A stretch of 59,946 nucleotides of DNA, filler included. It is 3 parts of 3 records of this genome, joined end to end, with 100 filler letters (N's around TTAATTAATTAA, not from the genome) between each part and the next. Parts side by side here need not be neighbours in the genome. Positions count along the whole stretch, not along the records: positions 1 to 29,500 come from DRR723986_1307; 2 more parts are not named here. The stretch is one strand, 5' to 3'. Positions 8,671 through 17,364 of the stretch are shown here, one piece after another. Numbering within the stretch: position 1 is the first letter of the stretch; each line of letters starts with the position of its first letter. The notes under the pieces were generated by a model that saw only the letters and a program-made list of their open reading frames with translations, was not told the DNA's origin and did no database searches. The translations under genes and the position numbers were made by a program.

Positions 8671-9380
8671 GCGCCCTGTTTCCACTGGTGGTCGATGGTG
8701 CAACAGTGCGCCGGCGTGGCAAAGTGCTTGTCGGGCCCGTCGATTTAACCCTGTCAGCACAGGGCACCACGATTGTGATCGGTCCAAACGGGGCGGGTAA
8801 AACCTCTTTCTTACGTATGCTTCACGGGATTGCGCGAATGTCCGAGGGATCTGTGACTTGGGCATGTGCCGCAATCGAGGCACGCTCGCGTCAAGCATTT
8901 GTGTTCCAACAACCCGTGATGATGCGCCGTTCGGTTCTGGGCAATTTGGCCTATCCACTTCGTTTGAAGGGGGTTTCCCGGGCTCAGGCGCGCGGTCAGG
9001 CGGCACAAGCTGCCGCAGATGTTGGACTGGATCAGATGCTAGGCAGGCCCGCACATTTTTTGTCGGGTGGAGAACGCCAAAAATTGGCCTTGGCCCGTGC
9101 CCTGATTACCAAACCGGATGTGCTGTTTCTGGATGAGCCTTGTTCCTCGCTTGATGGACGTGCGACCCGAGAGATCGAAGCGATCCTAATGCGGGCGGCG
9201 TCGGCAGGCACACGACTAATTATGTCGACACATGATATGGGGCAGGCCCGGCGACTGGCGACAGAGGTGCTATTTTTGCTGAACGGTAAGTTACTCGAAT
9301 CCGGCCCGGCCACACAATTTTTCACGGACCCATCTACTGATGCGGCCCGCGCGTTTCTAAATGGAGATATTGTCGAATGA
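8664..9380 (+). CDS. tupC: Tungstate ABC transporter ATP-binding protein
   Basis: GPNGAGKT, LSGGERQ, LFLDEP; lies between tupB and tupA. Confidence 0.85.
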   Translation: MVSALFPLVVDGATVRRRGKVLVGPVDLTLSAQGTTIVIGPNGAGKTSFLRMLHGIARMSEGSVTWACAAIEARSRQAFVFQQPVMMRRSVLGNLAYPLRLKGVSRAQARGQAAQAAADVGLDQMLGRPAHFLSGGERQKLALARALITKPDVLFLDEPCSSLDGRATREIEAILMRAASAGTRLIMSTHDMGQARRLATEVLFLLNGKLLESGPATQFFTDPSTDAARAFLNGDIVE

Positions 9381-10171
9381 AGAATGCCATTCTGGGGGCC
9401 GTCGTTGCAGTTTTCATGGCCGGGGCAGGGGGTGCGGAGGAAATGAAGCTGGCGGTGACCACGTCATTTCACAACTCGGGTCTGGCTGAAATATTGCTTC
9501 CGCAAATCAAGCGGGACACGGGGATTGATGTTCAGTTGCTGGTCGTTGGAACCGGGCAGGCCATCAAGCTGGGTGAGGCGGGGGATGTAGATGCCATTCT
9601 TGTGCATTCCCGCAAGGCAGAAGACGCGTTTTTGGAAAAAGGGTTCGGAACCCATCGTCGGGCGATCATGTACAATGACTTTGTGTTCATTGGGCCAGCC
9701 TCTGACGAAGCAAACCTGTCCGAAGCGGCAAACGCTGCTGATGCTTTGAGCCGGATAGCGGCGTCTAAAGCCAGCTTTGTAAGCCGAGGGGACGATAGCG
9801 GGACACATAAGAAAGAGCTGAACCTATGGGCCACCGCCGAGGTCTCGCCGGATGGGGATTGGTACAATGCTGTTGGCGCAGGTATGGGATCGGCCTTGAA
9901 CATTGCGGTCGGCATGGACGCCTATATCATGTCAGATCGCGCGAGCTGGCTGAACTTTGGCAACAAGGGGAGCTTGAAAATAGCCTATGCGGGTGATCCG
10001 GCGTTGTTCAATCAATATGCCTACCTTCCGGTGACACCGGCAAAGCATCCCCATGTGAAGGCGGATTTGGCCGTGCAATTAGAGGCTTGGTTGGTTTCAG
10101 ATACAGCAGCAAACCTGATCAATGGCTATAAGATCAATGGTGAGACGCTGTTCGTTTTCAACGCCGAGTAA
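9377..10171 (+). CDS. tupA: Tungstate ABC transporter substrate-binding protein
   Basis: Signal peptide; VTTSFHNSGL, VGTGQA, SRGDDSGTHKKE and NQY TupA motifs. Confidence 0.9.
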   Translation: MKNAILGAVVAVFMAGAGGAEEMKLAVTTSFHNSGLAEILLPQIKRDTGIDVQLLVVGTGQAIKLGEAGDVDAILVHSRKAEDAFLEKGFGTHRRAIMYNDFVFIGPASDEANLSEAANAADALSRIAASKASFVSRGDDSGTHKKELNLWATAEVSPDGDWYNAVGAGMGSALNIAVGMDAYIMSDRASWLNFGNKGSLKIAYAGDPALFNQYAYLPVTPAKHPHVKADLAVQLEAWLVSDTAANLINGYKINGETLFVFNAE

Positions 10172-10174
10172 CAA

Positions 10175-10375
10175 GGCTTTTGCGATGAAGCCGTTAGCCA
10201 CGGGTTTGCCTGCCCGCGAGAAGTCGAGATCTACACCCTTTTGATAGGCCTAAAGATCAATCTCGCGGGAGATCAACTCACTGCCCTGGTCAACGCGGAT
10301 CGGCTTGGGCCAGCTGAGTTTCCTGCACACGCATTCAAGCGCCTGAACCACATCTTCGCCGCGGTAGCTGAACGG
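10175..10375 (-). mobile_element. IS3-family (IS407-group-like) transposase core remnant, with in-frame stop
   Basis: Hand translation: FSYRGEDVVQALECVCRKLSWPKPIRVDQGSELISREIDL*AYQKGVDLDFSRAGKP (IRVDQGSE and LDFSRxGKP motifs; W->TAG). Confidence 0.8.
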
Positions 10376-10412
10376 GGTATGTGGTCATGGCGCCAGTCCC
10401 CTCGACATGCGG

Positions 10413-10720
10413 TTACTTCACCGCCGTTACAACATGCGCGCTGATGTTGGCTGCGATCTGGCCGTCTCCGTGGCGTGCGGCAATTGCCTCGCCAGCTACA
10501 TCTGCAACGCGATCTAGCATGGCTGCACCGCGCGCTTCGATTCCATTGCGCAATGGCTTGCCCTGACAATATGCAACAGCTGGGTGCCAGATCGAAGGTG
10601 CCGCGCTGAGGTCTTCGATGGCTTCAATCGAAATGCCTTTTAAACCCAACCTAATGCAGGTCTTGGGTGATCACCTCAATATCATGGTACCGTGCGGCGT
10701 ATGTGACAAAAACCGAAGAG
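10413..10720 (-). pseudogene. C-terminal remnant of a class I SAM-dependent methyltransferase-like gene
   Basis: RFLSHTPHG/YHDIEVITQDLH*VGF/..AVAYCQGKPLRNGIEAR across two frameshifts and a stop. Confidence 0.55.
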
Positions 10721-11121
10721 GCTGCTAGCGCGCGTGGCCACCTGAGCGGCACCGTCACCTGTGTACCTACCATGTCGATGTCCAACGACACTTCGGTTGC
10801 GATCAAGGCAAAGTCATCCGCAATCGTGACATGTCGCCAGCCCCAGCTGAAACTCATTGCGTTGGCATACCATTCGACCCAATAGACTTGCATGCAGCTA
10901 TACGGCTTTGCTGAGAGGCGCTCTGGTAGGACTAGGATTAAATTGGCGTGGATGGCGATCAGCGTGCATCAAGTACAACAGGGCAGGCCATTGACGGCAC
11001 TCTTTTGTGAAAGATTGGGTGTAGGACCGACAGCAAGGTCAAATTGAATTCAAGGTGGCAAATGTTGGTTGCGCTCAGGCGATACAGATAGGTGCAGAGC
11101 TGCATTCACCGCAAAAAATGG

Positions 11122-11184
11122 CCCAGGCCAGCATTGGTGTACTCACGGCTTTTGGAGGCCGAAGTTCACCAATGCTGACTTGGG
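11122..11184 (-). terminator. Long imperfect hairpin with U-tract, terminator of the sulfatase gene
   Basis: CCCAGGCCAGCATTGGTG...CACCAATGCTGACTTGGG, ~30-bp stem; A6 run at 11113-11118. Confidence 0.6.
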
Positions 11185-11202
11185 GGTCGTCAAGTCAGTG
11201 GA

Positions 11203-13257
11203 TTAACCACCGTTCGAGTTTGCCAGTGGTGGCTGGGCAAAATCATTGGCTTGTGGGGTCAGGTCCTGTGCGCCGGTTCCGGGCATCAGCTCGAACCCGA
11301 GATCAAACTGATCCAGAGTAGAAGCCAATTTCTCGATGACAGTAACGTCACCCTCTGACTTGGCCGTGCCGTCGGCGATCAGGTCCACCAGACGCGTTTC
11401 GCCGATCATGACCTTTTCCAGATCACTGCGGTTGATTGAAACGCTCAGATCAGCATTGTCAGCGGTGTGACCAACGATATGCGTCAGGGTCGCGTTGCTC
11501 ATTTCCACAACGAGTTTTTCGTCCCGATCCGCGATGTTCAGATTTATGGTGAACGCCATATCTGCAGCCTTGGCGCTATCGACGCGAATGCCGATAAAAT
11601 CGAGCCACATGGAAATTGGCATCGCTTTGATCGTGTCAGGACCAGAGGTTTCAATGGTCGCGCCTTCCGGGATACCATTGCGTAGCTCATAGGCGGCACC
11701 CAGGAACGAGTTGCGAACCGAGGGGCTTTCTTTCTGGTACCCGATCTGTTCGAACGCATCAGCCAGCAGATCTTTCGCGTCCTGGTTTTCAGGCTCGGCA
11801 TAGACCAGCTTATTCAGGATTTCGGTCGCGCCCAGGTATTCACCACCCTTGATCAGCTCGTGCCCTTTGGCCAGAATTGGCTCGGCTCCGCCCATCATCT
11901 CAACGTAGAGAGGCGCGCTGTCTTCGGGGGACAGAGGGGTCAGGGTGGTTGGGTTTGCGTCCCAGTAGCCCAGATAGCGGTTGATCACCGCGCGGCTGTT
12001 GTGCTCGACCGAGCCGTGGTAGCTGCGCGCCGACCATTGGTCCTGCAAGCTGCCAGGCACCTCATAGACATTGTGCACCTGATTGACGGTCACGCCTTTG
12101 TTGGCGAGGTTCAGAACCCCGTTGTTCAGGTTGGCATAGGTGTCGCGCTGGGCGCGCATGACTTCCTGAATGCGGTCGTTGCCGAAACGCGGCCACGAAT
12201 GCGAGGCGAACATCAGATCGGCCTCTTGCCCGAACTCATACAGCGCGTCGTTGATATGCTTGGACCAGCTAAGTGCATCCCGTACCAACGCGCCGCGTAG
12301 GGTATAGATGTTGTGAATGGTGCCAGTGATGTTTTCAGCAGCCCAGAACGCCTTCAGATCCGGGAAATAGGTGTTCATTTCCGCAGGTGCCTCGGTGCCG
12401 GGCGTGTTTTGGAAAATCATGCGCACACCGTCGATGGTGATCTCTTCGTAGTCGTCGGCAACATAGCGGGTGGGCTCAATCAAGCCAGTTGTCCCGGCCG
12501 AGATGTTTTTGCCAATCGACTGATCTACGTGACCATAGGGGTTGCGTGGCAGCAGCACACCATATTGAAAAAACAGCCGGCGGTTCATTACGTTACCAGC
12601 ATAGACGTTTTCAGACACCGCGTGCTCCATAAAGCCAGCGGGTGCGATAACTTCGACACCATTGGCCACGTCTTCGTCAGAGATCACACCCCGGACACCA
12701 CCATAGTGGTCGGCGTGTGAGTGCGAATAGATGACCGCCTTGACCGGCAATTCACCAACCGTGTCGTTCAGCAGTTTCAGCGCAGCCGCCGCAGTTTCCT
12801 TGGACGCGAGAGGATCAAAAATGATCCAGCCGGTATCCCCGCGGATAAAGGAAATGTTGGACAGGTCAAACCCACGCACCTGATAGATCTTGCCTTCTTG
12901 AATTTCAAATAGGCCATAGTTCATATTGAGGATCGCCTGACGCTGAAGCGACGGGTGGATCGAGTCAAATTGCTGTCCGTCTTTCAGCAGAAACTCGTAG
13001 CTGCCAATATCCCAGGCGACGGTGCCATCTTCGGTCTTGATCTGGGTATAGTCCGGCGTTGCGATCAGACCCTTGCGGCTTTCTTCAAAATCGCGCTCAT
13101 CTTCGAACGGAAGAGACGCGCGCATGGCTTTCTGGAATTCAACGGTGAATTCCGATGGAAGCTTGCCTTTGGGGTCAAAGTGCTCCTGCGAGATCCCCAT
13201 GCCCGCAGTCAGGGTCAAGAGCGCAGTGGTCAGAAATAAGGTGTGTCGGCGTGCCAT
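11203..13257 (-). CDS. Secreted alkyl/aryl sulfatase (SdsA1/BDS1 type: MBL fold, dimerisation and SCP2 domains)
   Basis: Signal peptide; IYQVRGFDLSN, HSHADHYGG, TPGTEAPAEM, HNIYTLRGA..RD, YHGS..HN. Confidence 0.9.
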   Translation of the reverse strand: MARRHTLFLTTALLTLTAGMGISQEHFDPKGKLPSEFTVEFQKAMRASLPFEDERDFEESRKGLIATPDYTQIKTEDGTVAWDIGSYEFLLKDGQQFDSIHPSLQRQAILNMNYGLFEIQEGKIYQVRGFDLSNISFIRGDTGWIIFDPLASKETAAAALKLLNDTVGELPVKAVIYSHSHADHYGGVRGVISDEDVANGVEVIAPAGFMEHAVSENVYAGNVMNRRLFFQYGVLLPRNPYGHVDQSIGKNISAGTTGLIEPTRYVADDYEEITIDGVRMIFQNTPGTEAPAEMNTYFPDLKAFWAAENITGTIHNIYTLRGALVRDALSWSKHINDALYEFGQEADLMFASHSWPRFGNDRIQEVMRAQRDTYANLNNGVLNLANKGVTVNQVHNVYEVPGSLQDQWSARSYHGSVEHNSRAVINRYLGYWDANPTTLTPLSPEDSAPLYVEMMGGAEPILAKGHELIKGGEYLGATEILNKLVYAEPENQDAKDLLADAFEQIGYQKESPSVRNSFLGAAYELRNGIPEGATIETSGPDTIKAMPISMWLDFIGIRVDSAKAADMAFTINLNIADRDEKLVVEMSNATLTHIVGHTADNADLSVSINRSDLEKVMIGETRLVDLIADGTAKSEGDVTVIEKLASTLDQFDLGFELMPGTGAQDLTPQANDFAQPPLANSNGG

Positions 13258-13417
13258 TCTTAAATGGTTCCTGTCTAGGTCAAATCCAAATTCGAAGGCG
13301 ACAAGGTGGCAACGACCTAACCGTGCAACGAGGGAACACCCGGCTGGTCGTATGCTGTAACGGAGTGTTGTGAACTTAAACCACTCTGGTTCCTTGACGC
13401 CTCGGCGCTTGCCTGCG

Positions 13418-13433
13418 TGGCAAGCTGCTTGCC
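13418..13433. promoter_or_regulatory. Palindrome fitting sigma54 -24/-12 spacing on both strands
   Basis: TGGCAAGCTGCTTGCC: GG-N10-GC on + and - strands, in a divergent intergenic region. Confidence 0.35.
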
Positions 13434-13566
13434 TCTGGTAACCTCAGATTTCGATCAAAGAAGTGTGAACATGTTGCTACCTGCTCGTAATCCCATGTAT
13501 GCACTTGTTCTGAATGGCTTTCGTAGTTTGCTCTAATATCGTGTTATTGTGTTGAGGTTGGTTTAG

Positions 13567-15276
13567 ATGGACTTGGCGGATAGGGAAGTTCGGGCGCAAT
13601 TGGACCGCCTTTTGGCCTCCCCTGACTTCACGGCTACGCCTCAGCGCCGTGCGTTTCTCACTTATGTTGTAAGCGAATATCTGGCTGGCCGCGGCGGTCA
13701 AATCAAAGGCGTGTCCATCGCCATGTCAGTCTTTGGCCGGGATGAAACCTTTGATCAGCAGGTTGACCCGATCGTTCGACTTGAAGCGCGGCGCCTGCGC
13801 CAAGACATAGACAGCTATTATGCAGGACCGGGCCGGGAAGACCCCGTTAGACTCACCATTCCTAAGGGCGGTTACGCACCTCGGTTTCAAACCCAGACCC
13901 TATCACCAGAAACGCCACCCGTGCCGGCTGAGCCCTCTTCTGTTCAGGGTGACAGCCAGAGACGTTTACCCCCGGTTGGCTTTGCTGTTGCCGTGGCCAT
14001 GCTGCTGTGCGTAATGATCTGGGGCATTCTGTCAGTATGGGACGCACGCACGTCTTCGGATGCAACGCAGACATTGCCACGTGGCCCGGTGGTCGCCGTG
14101 TTGCCATTCGACACTCTCGGAGACGGACCAGGTTATTTTGCCGACGGCATAACCCAACAGTTGACCAGTGAACTTGTGCGGTTTCGCGATATTTGGGTTC
14201 TGCCGCTAGGCAGCGTAGAACGGTTTTTACGGGGTGACACTGACTTGCAGGCCCTGCGCAAAGAGCTCAACGCTGATTTCGCACTAGAAGGTAGCGTCCG
14301 AGATGGGGGCGACACACTTATGTTAACCGCCCGTCTCGTTGATCTAAAAAACCAGCGATACACTTGGGTTCAAAACTATTCAGTTGGGAGCGCACCCAGC
14401 GATATTTACGCGCTGCAGGATCAAGTCATACGCGACGTGATTGGGAAACTGGCAGGCAACTATGGTGTGCTTACGCAGGCATCCATGAAGACCGCATCAC
14501 GAACCCCACCTACCAGCCGTGATGCCTATGAATGTGTGTTGAGCTACTACAGCTATCAAATCACCATCAACCTTGACCAGCATGAGGGAATAAAGACCTG
14601 CATCCTGAGTGCGGTTGAACAAAATCCAGACTATGCCGAAGCTTGGGCGGCGTTGTCGAATCTTTACCTGCAGCAAATTCGGTACGGCTTGGGTGGAAAC
14701 CGCTCAGAGGTTATTTCCGCCGCAACCAGCGCTGCACGCCGGGCGGTGGAAAGCGATCCCAATCTGGCAGCAGGCCATCTGATGTTGGCCAACACACACT
14801 TTGTGTTAGGTGACATCGTGGGGTTTCGACACGCCGGGCAAATCGCCATGGATCTGAATCCAAACGACAGCTCTGTGTTGGCACACTTCGGAATGCGGCT
14901 GGCCTTTAGCCAAGGGTGGGACGAAGGGTTGGCAATCGTCGATAGGGCCATTGCCCTGAATCCAGTACATCCGCAATGGTTTCATTTTCCTCGGGTGTTC
15001 TATCAGTTTGATCAAGGAAACTACCAGCAAGCTCTGACAGTTATGGACCAGATCGAAATGCCAAATTTCTTTTGGACCCACCTATGGAACGCTGCCTTGA
15101 ATGGCGAGCTCGGGAATCAAACATCCGCTGAGGCTGCATTGGAAAAATTGCTATCTCAGCATACAAACTTTGCGTCCGATGCAGGTGATGTTCTATCGAT
15201 CTGGCAGTTGAGTGAATCGTTTCAGCTGAAATTGATGGATAGCCTCCGCAAAGCGGGTCTAAACAGTGAAACTTGA
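13567..15276 (+). CDS. Membrane-anchored TolB-like/TPR protein with N-terminal putative DNA-binding domain (family often labelled adenylate cyclase, no cyclase domain seen)
   Basis: LASPDF..RAFLTYVV..DPIVRLEARRLR..IPKGGYAP; one TM; VAVLPF TolB-like motif; TPR repeats. Confidence 0.75.
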   Translation: MDLADREVRAQLDRLLASPDFTATPQRRAFLTYVVSEYLAGRGGQIKGVSIAMSVFGRDETFDQQVDPIVRLEARRLRQDIDSYYAGPGREDPVRLTIPKGGYAPRFQTQTLSPETPPVPAEPSSVQGDSQRRLPPVGFAVAVAMLLCVMIWGILSVWDARTSSDATQTLPRGPVVAVLPFDTLGDGPGYFADGITQQLTSELVRFRDIWVLPLGSVERFLRGDTDLQALRKELNADFALEGSVRDGGDTLMLTARLVDLKNQRYTWVQNYSVGSAPSDIYALQDQVIRDVIGKLAGNYGVLTQASMKTASRTPPTSRDAYECVLSYYSYQITINLDQHEGIKTCILSAVEQNPDYAEAWAALSNLYLQQIRYGLGGNRSEVISAATSAARRAVESDPNLAAGHLMLANTHFVLGDIVGFRHAGQIAMDLNPNDSSVLAHFGMRLAFSQGWDEGLAIVDRAIALNPVHPQWFHFPRVFYQFDQGNYQQALTVMDQIEMPNFFWTHLWNAALNGELGNQTSAEAALEKLLSQHTNFASDAGDVLSIWQLSESFQLKLMDSLRKAGLNSET

Positions 15277-15286
15277 TGACCTCAAA

Positions 15287-15318
15287 CACAGGCCGCATAT
15301 TGTCTAATGCGGCCTGTG
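15287..15318 (+). terminator. Terminator-like hairpin
   Basis: CACAGGCCGCAT-loop-ATGCGGCCTGTG, perfect 12-bp stem. Confidence 0.55.
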
Positions 15319-15399
15319 AATGTGTTCTATTGAGGTTTCAGGCACCAAAAACGTGAACCAGACCTCTTTGCTCTCGCGTCACTCAAACTCGCCAACAGA

Positions 15400-15570
15400 T
15401 CCGGCGTCGATCTGAGTGCCGGGTTGCACATGCAGGGTTTTGACTGTGGCGTCGTGTTCTGCGTGGATGCCGGTTTCCATTTTCATCGCTTCAATCGTGA
15501 GCAGCAGATCGCCTTCTTTGACCTGCTGGCCCGCCGTCACAGCAACAGATGCAACAACACCAGGCATGGG
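15400..15570 (-). pseudogene. Fragment of a pyruvate carboxylase-type biotin carrier domain
   Basis: [34 protein letters not shown]; no native start. Confidence 0.7.
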
Positions 15571-15717
15571 CTGGCAGAAGAAGGCATGACCATGGTCTGT
15601 GTGCCACATGAAATGGGGTTTGCGCGGAAAGTCTCTAACAGGGTGATCTTTATGGATCAGGGGCAGATCAGCATTGCGCATATCGAAGAAAGTGATCTGC
15701 CTTTCGCACAAACTTAG
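15571..15717 (+). pseudogene. Fragment of a polar amino-acid ABC transporter ATPase C-terminus
   Basis: [33 protein letters not shown] (H-loop THEMGFA motif). Confidence 0.7.
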
Positions 15718-15813
15718 AAAGCCTATCAGGGGATCAGCGACTACTGAAAGGTTCCACCAATCGCATATATCTGTAAGGTAAGGTGAAAGGCACCCTAGAG
15801 GACTTGTTCACCC

Positions 15814-16347
15814 ATGAATACGTACCCAACTGGCTGGTTCGACCTATCACCGGAGAAGTATGCGGATTTAGGGACGATGCTGTATCTGTCGGGCCTTACA
15901 AGTACTCATAGGCAGCGAACACTGGCGCAATCTATATACGTCTTTGAAACGCCGCTTCGATTGGGTCAGTACCAGATCTTTCGCCAGAACGGATTCCCAC
16001 GCGGTTTCGTCACCTTTGGTGGGTTAAGCCCCGAATCCGAATACCGGCTGGGGGTCAAAGGGGAACACCTGCGCGATAGCGATTTTACCAGCGGATCCTC
16101 TTTTTGGATCCTCGATTTGGTCGCACCATTTGGCCAAGTTCGCCAAATTGTTGACATGTTGAAATGTGAAATTCCACATCAACGCGTTCGGACGAACCGA
16201 ATGGACAGTGATCAGTCAACCCCGCGGATTGTGGAATGGAACAAAGACGAGCAAGGCAAAGTGCATATGCGACTCTATCGGCGAGAGGACTTTGTCCGCA
16301 CGCTGATCGAGGAGGGTTTGCCTGATGGTATTGCCGGTTCCAACTGA
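15814..16347 (+). CDS. Toxin-activating lysine acyltransferase (HlyC/RtxC/TAAT family)
   Basis: TSTH (SxxH), PLRLGQY, GFVTF..LS, DFTSGSSFWILDLVAPFG. Confidence 0.8.
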   Translation: MNTYPTGWFDLSPEKYADLGTMLYLSGLTSTHRQRTLAQSIYVFETPLRLGQYQIFRQNGFPRGFVTFGGLSPESEYRLGVKGEHLRDSDFTSGSSFWILDLVAPFGQVRQIVDMLKCEIPHQRVRTNRMDSDQSTPRIVEWNKDEQGKVHMRLYRREDFVRTLIEEGLPDGIAGSN

Positions 16348-17281
16348 CGCTTTCTTGATTAACATCACCGGAGACACGACCGGGTTTGTGACGGGCGATC
16401 CCCCCAACGACGCAACTGGTGATCTAGATGCAACTGTTGAATTCCGAAACCCAAACTGGACCTTGCTCACGACCACTTGGGAAATCTCGGATGACCCAGG
16501 CATAGGTACAGCCACGATCAACCCTTTCACTGGCGAATGGGTCTATACAGTTGATCCCGCCGAATTTGCAGCCCTAGATGATGGCGAATTTACCACGGAC
16601 AGTTTCGTAGTCGAAGTAACGGCACTGGCTTTGAATCCAGGGGGACAGCTACAGACTGAAACCGCGCTCCAGACCGTGACAATCGCGATCGAGGGGGTCT
16701 GCTTTGCGGCCGGTACACTGATCGAAAGCGAACGTGGCCCCGTTCCGGTTGAAACCTTGCAGGCCGGAGACCGCGTTGCCACATTGGACAATGGATTTCA
16801 GCCGGTCCGATGGATCGAAAGCAGCGACCAAAGCCTGACCAAACTCCTGAGCAACCCAAAGCTCTGGCCTGTTAGGATTCGTGCCGGGGCTCTTGGCCCT
16901 GATTGCCCGAGGCGGGATCTATTTGTGTCTCAGCAACATCGAATATTGGTCGGCGGGGCACAGGTCGAGATGCTGTTTGGGACCGACGAAGTTCTCGCCT
17001 CGGCAAAATCGCTCTGCCATTTGTCAGGAATTGAGATTTGCGCCCCGACAGATAGTTTGACCTATGTTCATCTTTTGCTCGATAGACATGAAATTCTAGA
17101 GGCCGAAGGGGCACCTGCCGAAAGCCTCTTCTTGGGCGAAGAAGCCCTTTGTTCGCTGACGTCAGAGGCGCTGCAAGAACTCGCGGATATTTTCCCACAA
17201 ACAACAGTGCGTGGTAGGTGTATTTTTGGCCAAGCGGCCAGAAAAATACTGAGAGATAAGGAAGCGTTGGTCCTGAGTTGA
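16325..17281 (+). CDS. VCBS-like domain fused to a Hint (bacterial intein-like, type B) domain
   Basis: GTATINPFTGEWVYTVD..LDDGE..TDSF; Hint starts at Cys126 CFAAGTLI..VETLQAGDRV; VSQQHRIL; YVHLLLDRHEILEAEGAPAESL. Confidence 0.85.
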   Translation: MVLPVPTDAFLINITGDTTGFVTGDPPNDATGDLDATVEFRNPNWTLLTTTWEISDDPGIGTATINPFTGEWVYTVDPAEFAALDDGEFTTDSFVVEVTALALNPGGQLQTETALQTVTIAIEGVCFAAGTLIESERGPVPVETLQAGDRVATLDNGFQPVRWIESSDQSLTKLLSNPKLWPVRIRAGALGPDCPRRDLFVSQQHRILVGGAQVEMLFGTDEVLASAKSLCHLSGIEICAPTDSLTYVHLLLDRHEILEAEGAPAESLFLGEEALCSLTSEALQELADIFPQTTVRGRCIFGQAARKILRDKEALVLS

Positions 17282-17364
17282 AGGGCCAGTAACCCGAATA
17301 GCATGGCTTCGGCGCTGGGCGCACCCTTGCCTTTCCCATCGGTCTGGTCTTTGGGCGACTTCAC

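Noticed and set aside
13567-15276. Calling this protein an adenylate cyclase
   Set aside because: No class III cyclase motifs are present
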